From Vulcanimicrobiota bacterium (GTDB lineage: Bacteria > Vulcanimicrobiota > Vulcanimicrobiia > Vulcanimicrobiales > Vulcanimicrobiaceae), in contig CAWAXX010000017.1 in NCBI GenBank assembly GCA_963786105.1, positions 1 to 64,000 of the forward strand: a stretch of 64,000 bases of DNA, given 5' to 3'. The notes beneath the pieces were generated by a model, which did no database searches, was not told the DNA's origin, and saw only the letters and a program-made list of their open reading frames with translations. Below are positions 1-10,622 of the stretch, in pieces. Made by a program: the position numbers and the translations under genes. Every line of letters starts with the position of its first letter. The stretch's first letter is position 1.

Positions 1-2120
1 AACTTCTCGTCGACGCCCGGCTCGGGATCGGGGAGATTCGCGCCCACGTAAACGAAGAGGCGATCGTCGGAATAAACGCCGGGCGCCCCGAGAGGCTCGC
101 CCGCGACCGGCACGATACCTTTGCCGTGCTTGCCCGTCGATTCGGCGATGAGCTGCTCGGCCCACGCGCCGAACGCTTTGACGTCGGGATGCGCGACGAT
201 CGTCAGCTTGTCGCGCCCATCCACCGCGAGGCCCCCAAACGCCGCGCCGAGGCGGACGCCCGGCGCGCTCTTGACGTCGAACCGTCTTATCGTTTGCATG
301 CATTGCCCCGAGCGCGCGGTCGAGCAGTAAGTTGATGTCGTATCCCGCAACCGCGGACGGCGCAATGCCGACGTACGACAGCGCCGAGTCACGCCCGCCG
401 ATGTTCGGATCGTTATCGAAGCAGACCAGGAAGCTGCATTCTTTCGCCTCGGCCTCGAGCGGACTTCCGGGATCGGTAATGGCGACGAAGTTTCGACCCG
501 CAACCGAAGCCCCAACCTGTTTTGAAACCTTTTCGTGAAAGTATGCATAGAACGCGTTCGGCTCGGTCGTCGTGCCGCTCTTGCTGGAGATGATGAAAAG
601 CGTGTCGGCAATCCGAATGCGCTCCTCGAGTTCTCGAATTTGTTGCGGACAGGTCGAGTCGAGCACCAAGAGTTCGGGATATCCGCCGAATTGTCCGAAC
701 GTATCCGCGAGGATATCGGGTGCCAGCGAGCTGCCCCCCATACCGCAGACCACCGCGAAGTCGAACTTCTCTTTCACGTCGGCGCCGAACGCGCGCAGCT
801 CCGGGACCGATTCGAGCATGTGCTGCTGAAATTGTCAGCCATCCCAACGATTTCTTGATGATCTCGGCATCCGCGGGCTCGCTCGACCACAGGGTCGGAT
901 CGTGCGCCCAGAGGCGCGTGAGGAAGTCGGCAGACGTTAGCGATTCCAGCGCTTTGTCGAACGACGGCTGCGAGGGGCCGAGCGAAAGATGGACGCGGTC
1001 GGCTCCGCCCCCCTCGAGAAGCTTCTGCTTGTAGACGATGGCGCCGAGCAATGCGGCAAACGAGTCTGAGAAGAGCGTAACTCCCTCCGTCTGGAGTTGC
1101 TCGGTCACGTCGAACAGCGAGATTTTCGCGTCCTGCAGCGCCTTCATAATGGCGTAAACGCCGGGGAGATCGGTTTCGACGGTGTCGGGAACGATGTTCC
1201 CGTGATCGATCAACGCATCGAGCGTCTGCGGCGGCATGGTGTTCACGGTATCGGGCCCGACGACGCTCTCGACGTACATGAGGTCGGGATAATGCGGGTC
1301 TTTGGTGGACGTCGAAGCCCACAACGGGCGCTGAACCGCGCCGCCCGCGGCCTTGACCGGCGCGAACTCGTCGCCGAGGAAAATCTCTTTGAATTTCTGA
1401 TAGGTAAGCTTCGAAATTGGCGATGCCCGTTTTGCCGAGAAGCGGCTCGAGCTTTTCGCCCTTAGCGATGCGTGCGTGCAGCATCTTGTCGACGGCGCTG
1501 TCTATGCGGCTGACGAACACCGAGTTGACCGATCGGATCGTATCGATGGGCTTGTTCTCGGCGATCCGCCGCTGCAGCCCCTTCACGTAGGCGCGCGCCG
1601 CCTTCTCGTACATGTCGACCGAGAAAATCAGCGTGACGTTGATGTTGACGCCTTCGTAAATGCACTCTTCGATCGCGGGCAAGCCCTCTTTGGTCCCGGG
1701 AATTTTAACCATCAGATTGGGCCGGCCGACGCGCGCCCACAACTCCTTGGCCATGGCGATCGTGCCCTGCGTCTCGCGCGCGAGCAGCGGCGAGACTTCA
1801 AGGCTCACGAATCCGTCGTTCCCTCCTGACGACTGGTAGACGGGCGCGAACTCGTCGCAGGCGTGCTGAATGTCCGCAATCGCGAGGTCCCAAAAGAGCG
1901 CTTCCGCGTTCTTTTCCGATCCGACGAGCTGCCGGAGCTGGTCGTCGTAATCGTTGCCGGCGCCGATCGCCTTCTCGAAGATCGTTGGATTGCTGGTCAT
2001 GCCGCGCAACCCGCGCTCGATCATTCGCTTGAGCTCACCCGAGGCGAACATGCTGCGGCGGAGGTTGTCGATCCAAACGCTCTGTCCGGCATCGAGCAGC
2101 TGCTGCAGTTGGTTTTTCAC
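1..2120 (-). CDS. Bifunctional transaldolase / glucose-6-phosphate isomerase; three apparent +1 frameshifts; runs off window start
   Basis: GTG at 2120 with AGGAG upstream. Transaldolase motifs GQSVWIDN, GMTSNPTIF, LMVKIPGT, LWASTSTKDP. PGI motifs GMGGSSLAP, SSKSGTTTE, EQLIAESTGK are read after frame changes near 1414-1416, 829-831 and 280-281. Confidence 0.9.
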
Positions 2121-2139
2121 GATAGTCCGTCTCCTAAGC

Positions 2140-4143
2140 TCATGACGTGGCGAGTGCGAATTTATCGAGAGCGAGTTGCGCGACGTGGTCGGGCGTGAAT
2201 CCGAAACCCTTGGCGATGGCCGCTGCAGGCGCCGACGCGCCGAAGTGGTCGATTCCGAAAGCGAATCCACGGTCGCCGACGTAGCGAGCCCAGCCCAGCG
2301 TGGCGGCCGCTTCGATCGACATGCGAGCGGTTACCGCCGGTGGAAGGACGGAATCTTTGTATGTCTGCGGCTGCTCGTCGAACAGTTCCCAGCACGGCAT
2401 CGAGACCACGCGCGTGCGCGTTCCCTTGTCGTCGAGAATCTTCTTCGCGTCGACCGCGAGCGAAACTTCCGAGCCCGTCGCGATAAGAATGAGGTCGGGG
2501 TTCCCGCCTTGCGCGTCGGCCAAGACGTAGGCGCCCTTCGCCACGGCCGCGTCGCGCACGCCCAGGAATGGAAGTTTTTGGCGGGACAGAACCAAGACCC
2601 ACGGCGTGCCTTTGACGCTCACGGCCAGCTTCCAGGCTTCGAGTACCTCGAGCGAATCCGCCGGACGCACGACGTTGCAGTTCGGCGTCGCGCGCAGCAT
2701 TGCGAGCTGCTCGATGGGTTCGTGCGTCGGACCGTCTTCGCCCAAAAACACCGAGTCGTGCGTGAAAACGAAGATGCAGTGCAGCTCGGTGAGACATGCC
2801 AAGCGCACCGCCGGCTTGCAGTAGTCGACGAAGTTGAAGAAGGTTGCCGAGAACGGCAGCAATGCGCCGTGTAGCGCGATCCCATTGGTAATTGCCACCA
2901 TTGCGTGTTCGCGCACGCCGTAATGGATGTTGCGGCCGGCGTAGTTTCCGGGCGTAAAATCACCGCAGTTCTTCAGATACGTCTTCGTCGAAGGATCGAG
3001 ATCGGCCGAGCCGCCGACCAGCTCCGGCAGGCCTTCGGCGATGGCGTTCATCACGGCGCCGCCGGCGTCGCGCGTCGCCAAGTTGCCGTTTTGATCGGTG
3101 AACTGCGGCCACGGAAGGTTCGCGGGAACGTCGCCGCGCAACGCGCGTTCTAGCTGGGCTGCCGGCCCGGTGTTGGCGGTCTTCCAACCGTCGTACATCG
3201 CTTGCCAGCGCGCTTCCAGATCGGCGCCCTTTGCGCCGGCCTCGCGAAAGAATTTTAGAACGTCGTCGGGCACGTAGAAATCGGGCTCGAGCGGCCAGCC
3301 GAGTTCCTCTTTCGATTTCTTGACGTTTTCTGGACCGAGCGCTTCGCCGTGCGCCAAGTAGTTGTCTTGACGCGGCGACCCGTAACCGATGTGCGTTCGC
3401 ACCACGATCAACGAGGGACGGTCGATTACGTTTTTGGCGACGACGATCGCCTGGTCGATGGTGTCCACGTCGTTGCCGTGAGCGACGTCGACGAACTGCG
3501 TGTGCCAACCGCTCGCCTCGAAACGCTCGGCGGCTTCGTCGGTGAGCGTAATATCGGTCGGTCCCGCCAGCGACACCAGGTTATCGTCGTAGAAGGCGAT
3601 GAGTTTGCCGAGCTTTAGGTGACCCGCCAGCGACAGCGCCTCCTGGCTGATGCCTTCCATTAAATCACCGTCGCCGCAGATGACGTAGGTGAAATGGTCG
3701 ACGACCGGTTCGTCCTCGCGATTGTAGACCGCCCCGAGGTGCGCTTCGGCGATCGCCATGCCGACGGCGTTAGCAATTCCCTGCCCTAACGGACCGGTCG
3801 TTGCCTCGACGCCCGGGGTTCGCCCGGCTTCCGGATGGCCGGGCGTTTTGCTTCCCCACTGCCGAAACGACTTGATGTCGTCGAGGGTAACATCGTATCC
3901 GGTGAGGTACAGCAGCGCGTACAGCAGCATCGAACCGTGGCCGGCTGAAAGCACGAACCGATCGCGATTGAACCAATGCGGATCTTTGGGATTGAAGTGC
4001 ATGTGCCGCGTCCACAGCGTGTAGGCCATTGCGGCTGCGCCCATCGGCATGCCCGGGTGGCCGGAGTTGGCCTTCTGAACGGCATCGACCGCCAAGAACC
4101 GGATTGCGTTGATGCGCTGCTCGTCAGCGGGGGAGTTGGACAC
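2140..4143 (-). CDS. tkt: Transketolase
   Basis: [45 protein letters not shown] start at 4143 after AAAGGAG. Confidence 0.97.
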   Translation of the reverse strand: MSNSPADEQRINAIRFLAVDAVQKANSGHPGMPMGAAAMAYTLWTRHMHFNPKDPHWFNRDRFVLSAGHGSMLLYALLYLTGYDVTLDDIKSFRQWGSKTPGHPEAGRTPGVEATTGPLGQGIANAVGMAIAEAHLGAVYNREDEPVVDHFTYVICGDGDLMEGISQEALSLAGHLKLGKLIAFYDDNLVSLAGPTDITLTDEAAERFEASGWHTQFVDVAHGNDVDTIDQAIVVAKNVIDRPSLIVVRTHIGYGSPRQDNYLAHGEALGPENVKKSKEELGWPLEPDFYVPDDVLKFFREAGAKGADLEARWQAMYDGWKTANTGPAAQLERALRGDVPANLPWPQFTDQNGNLATRDAGGAVMNAIAEGLPELVGGSADLDPSTKTYLKNCGDFTPGNYAGRNIHYGVREHAMVAITNGIALHGALLPFSATFFNFVDYCKPAVRLACLTELHCIFVFTHDSVFLGEDGPTHEPIEQLAMLRATPNCNVVRPADSLEVLEAWKLAVSVKGTPWVLVLSRQKLPFLGVRDAAVAKGAYVLADAQGGNPDLILIATGSEVSLAVDAKKILDDKGTRTRVVSMPCWELFDEQPQTYKDSVLPPAVTARMSIEAAATLGWARYVGDRGFAFGIDHFGASAPAAAIAKGFGFTPDHVAQLALDKFALATS

Positions 4144-4311
4144 GCGTTCTCCTTTGGAATTTCGACCGGCACGCGGGCGAAGAAAAGACACCCTTCGGGA
4201 GGGATGAGGTCATTTCGCCCTTCCTCCTTTATTCCTTACCGGCGAGGCGCCGGCCGGCACCGATTCGGCATGGTACTGCGAACGCGGCGACGTAAAGCGG
4301 CCACTACCACT

Positions 4312-5139
4312 ATGAACCGGGATGAGTTGCGCGACGGGATCGAGGCGCTGGTGCGCGGCGACGGCGACGTGCGCGGGCGAGAAGGCCGCGTCGTCGACCG
4401 CGTGATGGAAGCGCTCGACGACGGCGATCTGCGCGTCGCCGAGCCGGCGGGCGACGACTGGGTGACCAACGTATGGGTGAAGCAAGCGATCCTGCTGTAC
4501 TTCCAGCGCCGCGACTCTGGCTGGATGGGCAGTCGCGATGACGACGCGCTGGTTTTCTACGATAAGCTCCCGGTAAAACGGAACTACAAAAAGCTCGGCG
4601 TGCGCTGCGTTCCACCCGGCGTCGCGCGGTACGGCAGCTTTCTCGGCCGCGGCGTGATTCTGATGCCCGGTTACGTGAACGTCGGCGCCTACGTCGACGA
4701 AGGCAGCATGATCGACACCTGGGCGACGGTCGGGTCCTGCGCGCAAATCGGGAAGAACGTGCACCTTTCCGGTGGCGTTGGTATCGGTGGGGTACTCGAA
4801 CCGCCGCAAGCCACGCCGGTGATCGTCGAAGATGGTGCCTTCGTCGGTTCGCGCTGCATCGTGGTCGAAGGCGTGCGGGTGGCACGGGAAGCGGTGCTCG
4901 GTGCGGGGGTCGTCTTGACGGCCAGCACGCCGATCGTCGACGTGCGGGGAAGCGAGCCGGTCGTCGTGCGGGGGCTCGTGCCCGCGCGCGCGGTCGTCAT
5001 TCCCGGTATGCAGCCAAAGACGTTCCCGGCCGGCGAGTTCGGCACGCCGTGCGCGCTCATCGTCGGTACGCGCGACGCATCGACCGATCGCAAAACGTCG
5101 CTCAACGCGGCGCTGCGCGAATACGAGATCGCCGTGTGA
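4312..5139 (+). CDS. dapD: 2,3,4,5-tetrahydropyridine-2,6-dicarboxylate N-succinyltransferase
   Basis: WVKQAILLYF, YDKLPVK, IDTWATVGSCAQIGKNVHLSGGVGIGGVLEP. Confidence 0.95.
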   Translation: MNRDELRDGIEALVRGDGDVRGREGRVVDRVMEALDDGDLRVAEPAGDDWVTNVWVKQAILLYFQRRDSGWMGSRDDDALVFYDKLPVKRNYKKLGVRCVPPGVARYGSFLGRGVILMPGYVNVGAYVDEGSMIDTWATVGSCAQIGKNVHLSGGVGIGGVLEPPQATPVIVEDGAFVGSRCIVVEGVRVAREAVLGAGVVLTASTPIVDVRGSEPVVVRGLVPARAVVIPGMQPKTFPAGEFGTPCALIVGTRDASTDRKTSLNAALREYEIAV

Positions 5140-6263
5140 ACCCGCGCGTCCGCGCAATCCCCGGCTCGCTGATCCGACAGGTTGCCGCACGCAAGCGTCA
5201 GACGTCGATCGATCTCGGTTTGGGCGAACCGACGCTGCTTCCGGCGCGCGCGCACTTCGACTACGCCATGCAGCACGTCGCCGACCGCGGCGTCAAGTAT
5301 ACGCCCAACGCGGGCGATCCGGCGTTACGCGAAGCGATCGCGCGCCATTATCGGTATCCGGGTCTCGAGCGCGCGGCCAACGTGTGCGTGACGGCCGGCT
5401 CGCAGGAAGCGATGTACGTGACCCTTATGACGCTGCTCGACCCGGCGCGAGACGAGCTGCTGGTCGTCGAGCCGGCCTTTCCCTCGTACGTTAAAATGGC
5501 TGCGCTCCACGGCGTAGCGTGCCGGACCGCGAGCATGCGCGAGGACGACGGCTTCGCGTTCGACGCCGACCGCATTCTCGCAGGCGTCAACGAGGCGACA
5601 CGCGCGATCGTGCTGTGTTCGCCGTGCAATCCGACGGGGCGCGTCCTCTCACGCGACCAGGCCGACGTTCTCGCGCGCGCACTCGAGAAGCGCCCAGGTG
5701 AGCCCGTGTGGCTGATTCACGACGAAATCTATCGCGAGCAGACGTTCGTCGACGGCGCGGCGTATTTGGCGCAACGCTATCCGCATACGATCGTAACCAA
5801 CTCGGTGAGTAAGAGCAATGCCTTGACGGGCCTGCGGCTAGGCTGGATTCTGGCGCCGGAGCGCGTCATGGAGCAGGCGATCAAAGCGCACGCGTGGGTC
5901 ACCTCGTGCACCGACACGTTCGCGCAGCAGGTTGCCCTGCACGTCTTCGCGTCGGCCGACGGCGTGCGCGAACACGCAGCCTGGTACGCCGAGCAACGCC
6001 GAGCCGTCCTCTCCGCACTCACCGAACACGGTCTGCGTTTCGTTCCCATCGACGGCGCGTTCTACGTGTGCGTGCGCCTGCCCGACGGCGTGCGTTCGCT
6101 GGACGCTGCCAACGATCTGATCGAGAGCCACGACGTGCTGACGATTCCGGGAATCGCGTTCGGGCCTGCGTTGGAAGGTTGGCTGCGGTTGAGTTGGGTC
6201 GCACCGGTGCAGGACGTTCGCGAAGGCATCGCGCGCATCGCCCGCTACTTCCTGTCATCCTGA
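5136..6263 (+). CDS. PLP-dependent class I/II aminotransferase (possibly DapC-like, given coupling to dapD)
   Basis: IDLGLGEP, SPCNPTG, DEIY, SVSKSNALTGLRLGW. GTGA overlap with dapD. Confidence 0.88.
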   Translation: MNPRVRAIPGSLIRQVAARKRQTSIDLGLGEPTLLPARAHFDYAMQHVADRGVKYTPNAGDPALREAIARHYRYPGLERAANVCVTAGSQEAMYVTLMTLLDPARDELLVVEPAFPSYVKMAALHGVACRTASMREDDGFAFDADRILAGVNEATRAIVLCSPCNPTGRVLSRDQADVLARALEKRPGEPVWLIHDEIYREQTFVDGAAYLAQRYPHTIVTNSVSKSNALTGLRLGWILAPERVMEQAIKAHAWVTSCTDTFAQQVALHVFASADGVREHAAWYAEQRRAVLSALTEHGLRFVPIDGAFYVCVRLPDGVRSLDAANDLIESHDVLTIPGIAFGPALEGWLRLSWVAPVQDVREGIARIARYFLSS

Positions 6264-6556
6264 GCGCAGCGCTGTGTCATCCTTAGCGCAGCGCTGTGTC
6301 ATCCTGAGCGGAGCGAGCGCAGCGAGCGCAGTCGAAGGACGCAAGTGCAAAGGACGTGCAAATCCGAGGGCGTCTGGACGCGGAGCGAAGGCACGGATGC
6401 CGAGAGCGACGCGCCAGCCGAGTAGCGTTTTCGCATGGACGCGAAAACGCGAACGTCCCGAGGATGGCACGTCGTTTGCTCTTGCGTCCTTCGACTACGC
6501 GCCTACGGCGCTACGCTTAGGATGACATAGTGAACGCCGCTCCGCTCAGGATGACA
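6253..6556. repeat. REP/REPIN-like palindromic element built from TGTCATCCTGAGCG...GTCGAAGGAC units
   Basis: Three tandem ~22-bp units from 6253. Imperfect inverted repeat 6297-6365 / 6462-6527. Extra inverted unit ending 6556. Internal hairpins. Confidence 0.85.
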
Positions 6557-7922
6557 TCGCGGGCCCGAGCCAGATGGTTTGGATGTTGGTGAACTCGTGA
6601 ACGCCGTAGTGCGAAAGCTCGCGGCCGTACCCGCTTTTCTTGACGCCTCCGAACGGCAGGCGCGGATCGCTGGCGACCATTCCGTTGACGAAGACCGCGC
6701 CGGCTTGCACGCGGGCGGCGAGCGTTTCGGCGACCGCGGTATCGCGCGTCCACATGCTGAAGCCTAGTCCGTAGCTCGACGCGTTGGCCAGTGCGATCGC
6801 TTCGTCAGCGTTCTTCGCGCGCACGACCGCGGCGGCCGGTCCGAAGACCTCTTCGTCGAACATGCGCATTCCCGGAAGCACGTCGGCGACGATCGTCGGT
6901 TCGTAGAAATATCCCGGTCCTTCGATGGGCTTGCCGCCGAGCATCAAGCGGGCTCCTCCATCGACCGTTGCGCGGACTTGCGCGTGCACGTTGTCGCGCA
7001 GGTCGCTGCGCGCGCAGGGGCCGAGTGCGTTCCGTTGGTCCATCGGGTTGCCGACGCGTTGCTCCGTCGCTAATGCGACGAAGCGCTCGAGAAACTTGTC
7101 GTAAATTGGCTGCGTCGCGATAAAGCGCTTGGCGGCGATGCAGCTCTGGCCGTTATTTTGAAAGCGTGCGGTGACGGCCGTTTTGGCGGCGAGTTCTACG
7201 TCGGCATCGTCGAGCACCAGGAAGGCGTCGGAACCGCCGAGTTCGAGCACGCACTTCTTCAAGGCCAATCCGGCTGCGGAGGCGACGGCGACGCCCGCGC
7301 GCTCGGATCCGGTTAGGGTTACTGCGGAGATGCGCGGGTCGGCGATGAGCGCGTCGACGTCTTCGTTGGTCATCAGCAGCGTCGCGAATAGGCCGTCCTG
7401 GGCTCCCGCCTCGTGAAAAATGCGCTCGATTTCGAGCGCACAGCGCGTCGTATTCTCGGCGTGCTTGAGGGCGATCGCGTTTCCGGCCAGAAGTGCGGGC
7501 ACCGCGGCCCGAAAAACCTGCCAGTAGGGGAAGTTCCAGGGCATGATTGCCAGCACGACGCCGAGCGGGCGAAATGCGACGTAGCTGCGCGCTGCGTTCG
7601 ACGACGCGATCTGCGGCGCCAGCATGGCCGGACCGCTCTCGGCGAAGAACTCGCAACACCACGCGCATTTTTCGACTTCTGCGCGCGCTTGGGCGATCGG
7701 CTTGCCCATCTCGCGGACCGACGTCGTCGCGAGCGCGTTGCATTCGGAACGCAGTTGGGAGGCCACGGCACGAAGCATTTCGGCGCGCCGTCCTGGGCCG
7801 GCGGCAGCCCACGGGCGAGCAGCTGCAGTGGACGCGGTCAGCTTGGCATCCACTGTACGCGCATCAAAATACTCGAAGCGCTCGAGCACGCTGCCGGTAG
7901 TCGGGTCGACGGTCGCGATCAC
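6546..7922 (-). CDS. NAD(P)-dependent succinate-semialdehyde dehydrogenase-like aldehyde dehydrogenase
   Basis: IMPWNFPYWQ, TLTGSERAG, LELGGSD, NNGQSCIAAKR, EEVFGP, PFGGVKKSGYGRE. Confidence 0.92.
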   Translation of the reverse strand: MIATVDPTTGSVLERFEYFDARTVDAKLTASTAAARPWAAAGPGRRAEMLRAVASQLRSECNALATTSVREMGKPIAQARAEVEKCAWCCEFFAESGPAMLAPQIASSNAARSYVAFRPLGVVLAIMPWNFPYWQVFRAAVPALLAGNAIALKHAENTTRCALEIERIFHEAGAQDGLFATLLMTNEDVDALIADPRISAVTLTGSERAGVAVASAAGLALKKCVLELGGSDAFLVLDDADVELAAKTAVTARFQNNGQSCIAAKRFIATQPIYDKFLERFVALATEQRVGNPMDQRNALGPCARSDLRDNVHAQVRATVDGGARLMLGGKPIEGPGYFYEPTIVADVLPGMRMFDEEVFGPAAAVVRAKNADEAIALANASSYGLGFSMWTRDTAVAETLAARVQAGAVFVNGMVASDPRLPFGGVKKSGYGRELSHYGVHEFTNIQTIWLGPAMSS

Positions 7923-7937
7923 GATGCCACCGCAGCT

Positions 7938-10622
7938 CTAGATTCCCTGCGACCAGGGACCGCTTGGCCCCGCGTAAACTTGGACCAAAAGCCCGGGCTT
8001 CAGGTAGGTTTTGGCGACGCGCTGCACGTCGGCGGCGGTGATCCGTGCGAAACGGTCGTTGAGGGTGCGATAGTAGTTCAGCGGCAGATCGTTGTCCAAA
8101 ATGTCGAGCAACTGCTTGGCTTGGCCGGTCGACGACGATTCCTCAAGCAGGGCATCGCTTACCAACCGGATCTTGGCCTCTTGCAGTTCGGTGGCGGAAA
8201 CGGGCTCGTTTTGGAGTCGCTCGAGTTCCTGACGTACGAACTTCACGGCTTCGACGACGCGTTGCGGCGATGCGCTCAACTCGACTCGAAAATCACCACG
8301 GTCGGCGTTGGCAGCGATCGAGCTGCTGACGCTGTACACCAGCCCGCGCTTCTGGCGGAGCTCTTGCCACAGCCGCGATTCGAACGCACCGCTGCCGCCG
8401 AGAATTTGGCTAAGCACCATGAAGGTGTCGTAGTCGGGATTCGAGCGCGACACCGCCGGCTGACCCAATCGAATATAGACTTGATTGGACGCGGTTCCGA
8501 TGTAGTCGTGTCCTTTCGATGCGGGCGGCATAGCCATGAGATGAGCGTTAGGCTTCGGTCCCGAGGCTTGCCAGGGGGCAAAGGCCGATTCGAGCGCCGC
8601 CTGCACGCGCGCCGGCGAGACGTTGCCGACGACGGCGATCGTCGTGAGATCGGGACGCCAGTAACGGCCGGCATACGTTAAGAGATCGTCGCGGGTGATT
8701 CCGTCGACGCTCTGCGGAGTCGGCTGATGCAACGACGGATCGTCGCTCGCCAGCAGCAGCTCGTTGTACGCACGATCGATCATGACGCCGGAGATGCTGC
8801 TTTCAGATTGAAGGCTATTAGCGAGTTGCGAGCGTTCGAGCGAAAGCCACGGATCGGCGAAGGTGGGATGCGCTTCCCCGTCGGCGACGATGTCGACGAT
8901 GGATTCGAAGTCGCGCGATTCGCCTCGAGCGGAGAACGCCTGTCCGGTTTCGACGAATGCACCCATGTCGTCGGTTGCCTTGCGCCGTTGCGCAAAGGGA
9001 TATTTTGCGCTGCCGTAATCGGCCACCGCTGACGCAAGGCGCGAAATACCCTCGCGACCCGGCGACTGGAATGCCGGCGACGATGCGATGCTCCCGCGCA
9101 AAACGAAGGTCGGGCGGTCGCTCTTCTGCTGGACGATGACGCGAAGACCGTTCGACAGTCTAAACGTCACCGGTGCGAGCACGCTGCGCGCCGTCGTCGG
9201 CGTTCGCACCGCTTTCGCGATCCAGGCGGGTTCGACGATCGGCCCGCTGGGAACGCGCTTTGAGAAGTCGTCGTCGGCAGCCGAGTTACTCTTGCTCGAG
9301 TTGCCTTTCGGCGGGCTTGCGTTCGGTCGCAGATGTCCGACCACCGTCGGCCGGCTCAAATACGTGCGCGCGGCCGCGAGCAAGTCGTCGCCGGTCAAGG
9401 CTGCGAGCCGGCGGTCTTCGTCGGAGATCTTCTCGCCGACGATGCCGTAGGTGTATCCCGCGAGTCCGCCGATGCCGTCAATCGAGTCGGCCGAAAACAG
9501 CCGGTCGGCGATCGTCAAGCGTTTGGCCGCCGTCACCATGTCGGGGCTGAAGCCGCTTTTTAGCGCTTGATCGAGCGTCGCCTGAAAGACTGCTTGAGCT
9601 TCGGCGCCGCTGTGTCCAGGATTGAGAATGATGAACACGTTGAGCAGGCCGCCGCGCAACTGCGTATCGGCATCGGTTTCGATTGCGAGCGCGATGTTGC
9701 TTTGCACCAATGCCTGGTAAAAAGGAGACCGTTGATTCTCTAAAAGCGTAGCCAGCGTGCTGATCGCGGGTTCGCCCTCCTGTTTGTCGCCGGGCACCGA
9801 ATAGGCCAGGTCCAGAACTTCAAACGGAAAAGGGAACTCCGCTTCGACGGTTTGACCGGTTGCGGCGACTGGATTGCGCTCGGGCGACGACGGCAGCTTC
9901 TTATTGGGAATTGCCCCGAAGTACCGTGTCGCCTTGGCAAAAACTGCTTGATGCGATACGTCGCCGGCGACCACCAGCGTAGCGTTGTTCGGAGCGTACC
10001 ATTCGTGGTAGTAGCGCGCGATGTCGGCGACGGTCGCGTTCGCGACGTCGTTGCGGTTGCCCACCGGAGTGCGTCCCGCCGGCTGATTGGGGAAAGCGGC
10101 CGCGCGAACCCGCGCCAGCAGGTTGAAAAACGGCGAGCTGGCATCGCCGTCGAGTTCGTTGAGCACCGCGTTGCGCTCGACCGCCCAGTCGGATGCCCGC
10201 AACGCTGCGTGCTGCATGCGGTCGGCCTCGGTAAAGAGCGCGACGTCGATCTTGTCCGACGGCATTTCGAAATAGAACTGCGTGTAGTCGTAGGTCGTTT
10301 CGCCGTTCATTTGTGCACCGAGCCGTGCGACGATGTCGTCGAGGCCGCCGGCCGAAATCTCGCTGGTTCCGCGGAACATCATGTGTTCGAGCGCGTGCGC
10401 TAAGCCGGTCTTTCCGGGCGTCTCCTCGAGCGACCCAAAACCGTACCACACCGACGTTTGAATGACCGGCGCCGCGTGGTCCTCGGCCACCACGACTTTG
10501 AGCCCGTTCGCGAGGGTCGTGGTGTAGATGCCGCCGTCTCCCGGACCGCCTTGAGCGGGCGCCGGAATCGGAAGGAGGGCGATCAGTGCAAACGCCATCC
10601 ATGCGGGCGCGAGGTTCTTCAC
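7938..10622 (-). CDS. Secreted M16 family (pitrilysin-like) zinc peptidase with two M16 modules
   Basis: Signal peptide; TLANGLKVV, GLAHALEHMMFRGT (HxxEH), YAPNNATLVVAGD; second module with SRLWQELRQKRGLVYSV. Confidence 0.92.
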   Translation of the reverse strand: MKNLAPAWMAFALIALLPIPAPAQGGPGDGGIYTTTLANGLKVVVAEDHAAPVIQTSVWYGFGSLEETPGKTGLAHALEHMMFRGTSEISAGGLDDIVARLGAQMNGETTYDYTQFYFEMPSDKIDVALFTEADRMQHAALRASDWAVERNAVLNELDGDASSPFFNLLARVRAAAFPNQPAGRTPVGNRNDVANATVADIARYYHEWYAPNNATLVVAGDVSHQAVFAKATRYFGAIPNKKLPSSPERNPVAATGQTVEAEFPFPFEVLDLAYSVPGDKQEGEPAISTLATLLENQRSPFYQALVQSNIALAIETDADTQLRGGLLNVFIILNPGHSGAEAQAVFQATLDQALKSGFSPDMVTAAKRLTIADRLFSADSIDGIGGLAGYTYGIVGEKISDEDRRLAALTGDDLLAAARTYLSRPTVVGHLRPNASPPKGNSSKSNSAADDDFSKRVPSGPIVEPAWIAKAVRTPTTARSVLAPVTFRLSNGLRVIVQQKSDRPTFVLRGSIASSPAFQSPGREGISRLASAVADYGSAKYPFAQRRKATDDMGAFVETGQAFSARGESRDFESIVDIVADGEAHPTFADPWLSLERSQLANSLQSESSISGVMIDRAYNELLLASDDPSLHQPTPQSVDGITRDDLLTYAGRYWRPDLTTIAVVGNVSPARVQAALESAFAPWQASGPKPNAHLMAMPPASKGHDYIGTASNQVYIRLGQPAVSRSNPDYDTFMVLSQILGGSGAFESRLWQELRQKRGLVYSVSSSIAANADRGDFRVELSASPQRVVEAVKFVRQELERLQNEPVSATELQEAKIRLVSDALLEESSSTGQAKQLLDILDNDLPLNYYRTLNDRFARITAADVQRVAKTYLKPGLLVQVYAGPSGPWSQGI

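Noticed and set aside
270..1420. Programmed frameshifting in tal-pgi
   Set aside because: Three independent shifts within conserved domains, no slippery heptamers, and a similar indel in degV point to errors or decay.
6253..6340. Tandem 22-bp repeats as a CRISPR array
   Set aside because: No unique spacers and no cas genes; the units also occur inverted and at 26215, which fits a REP family.
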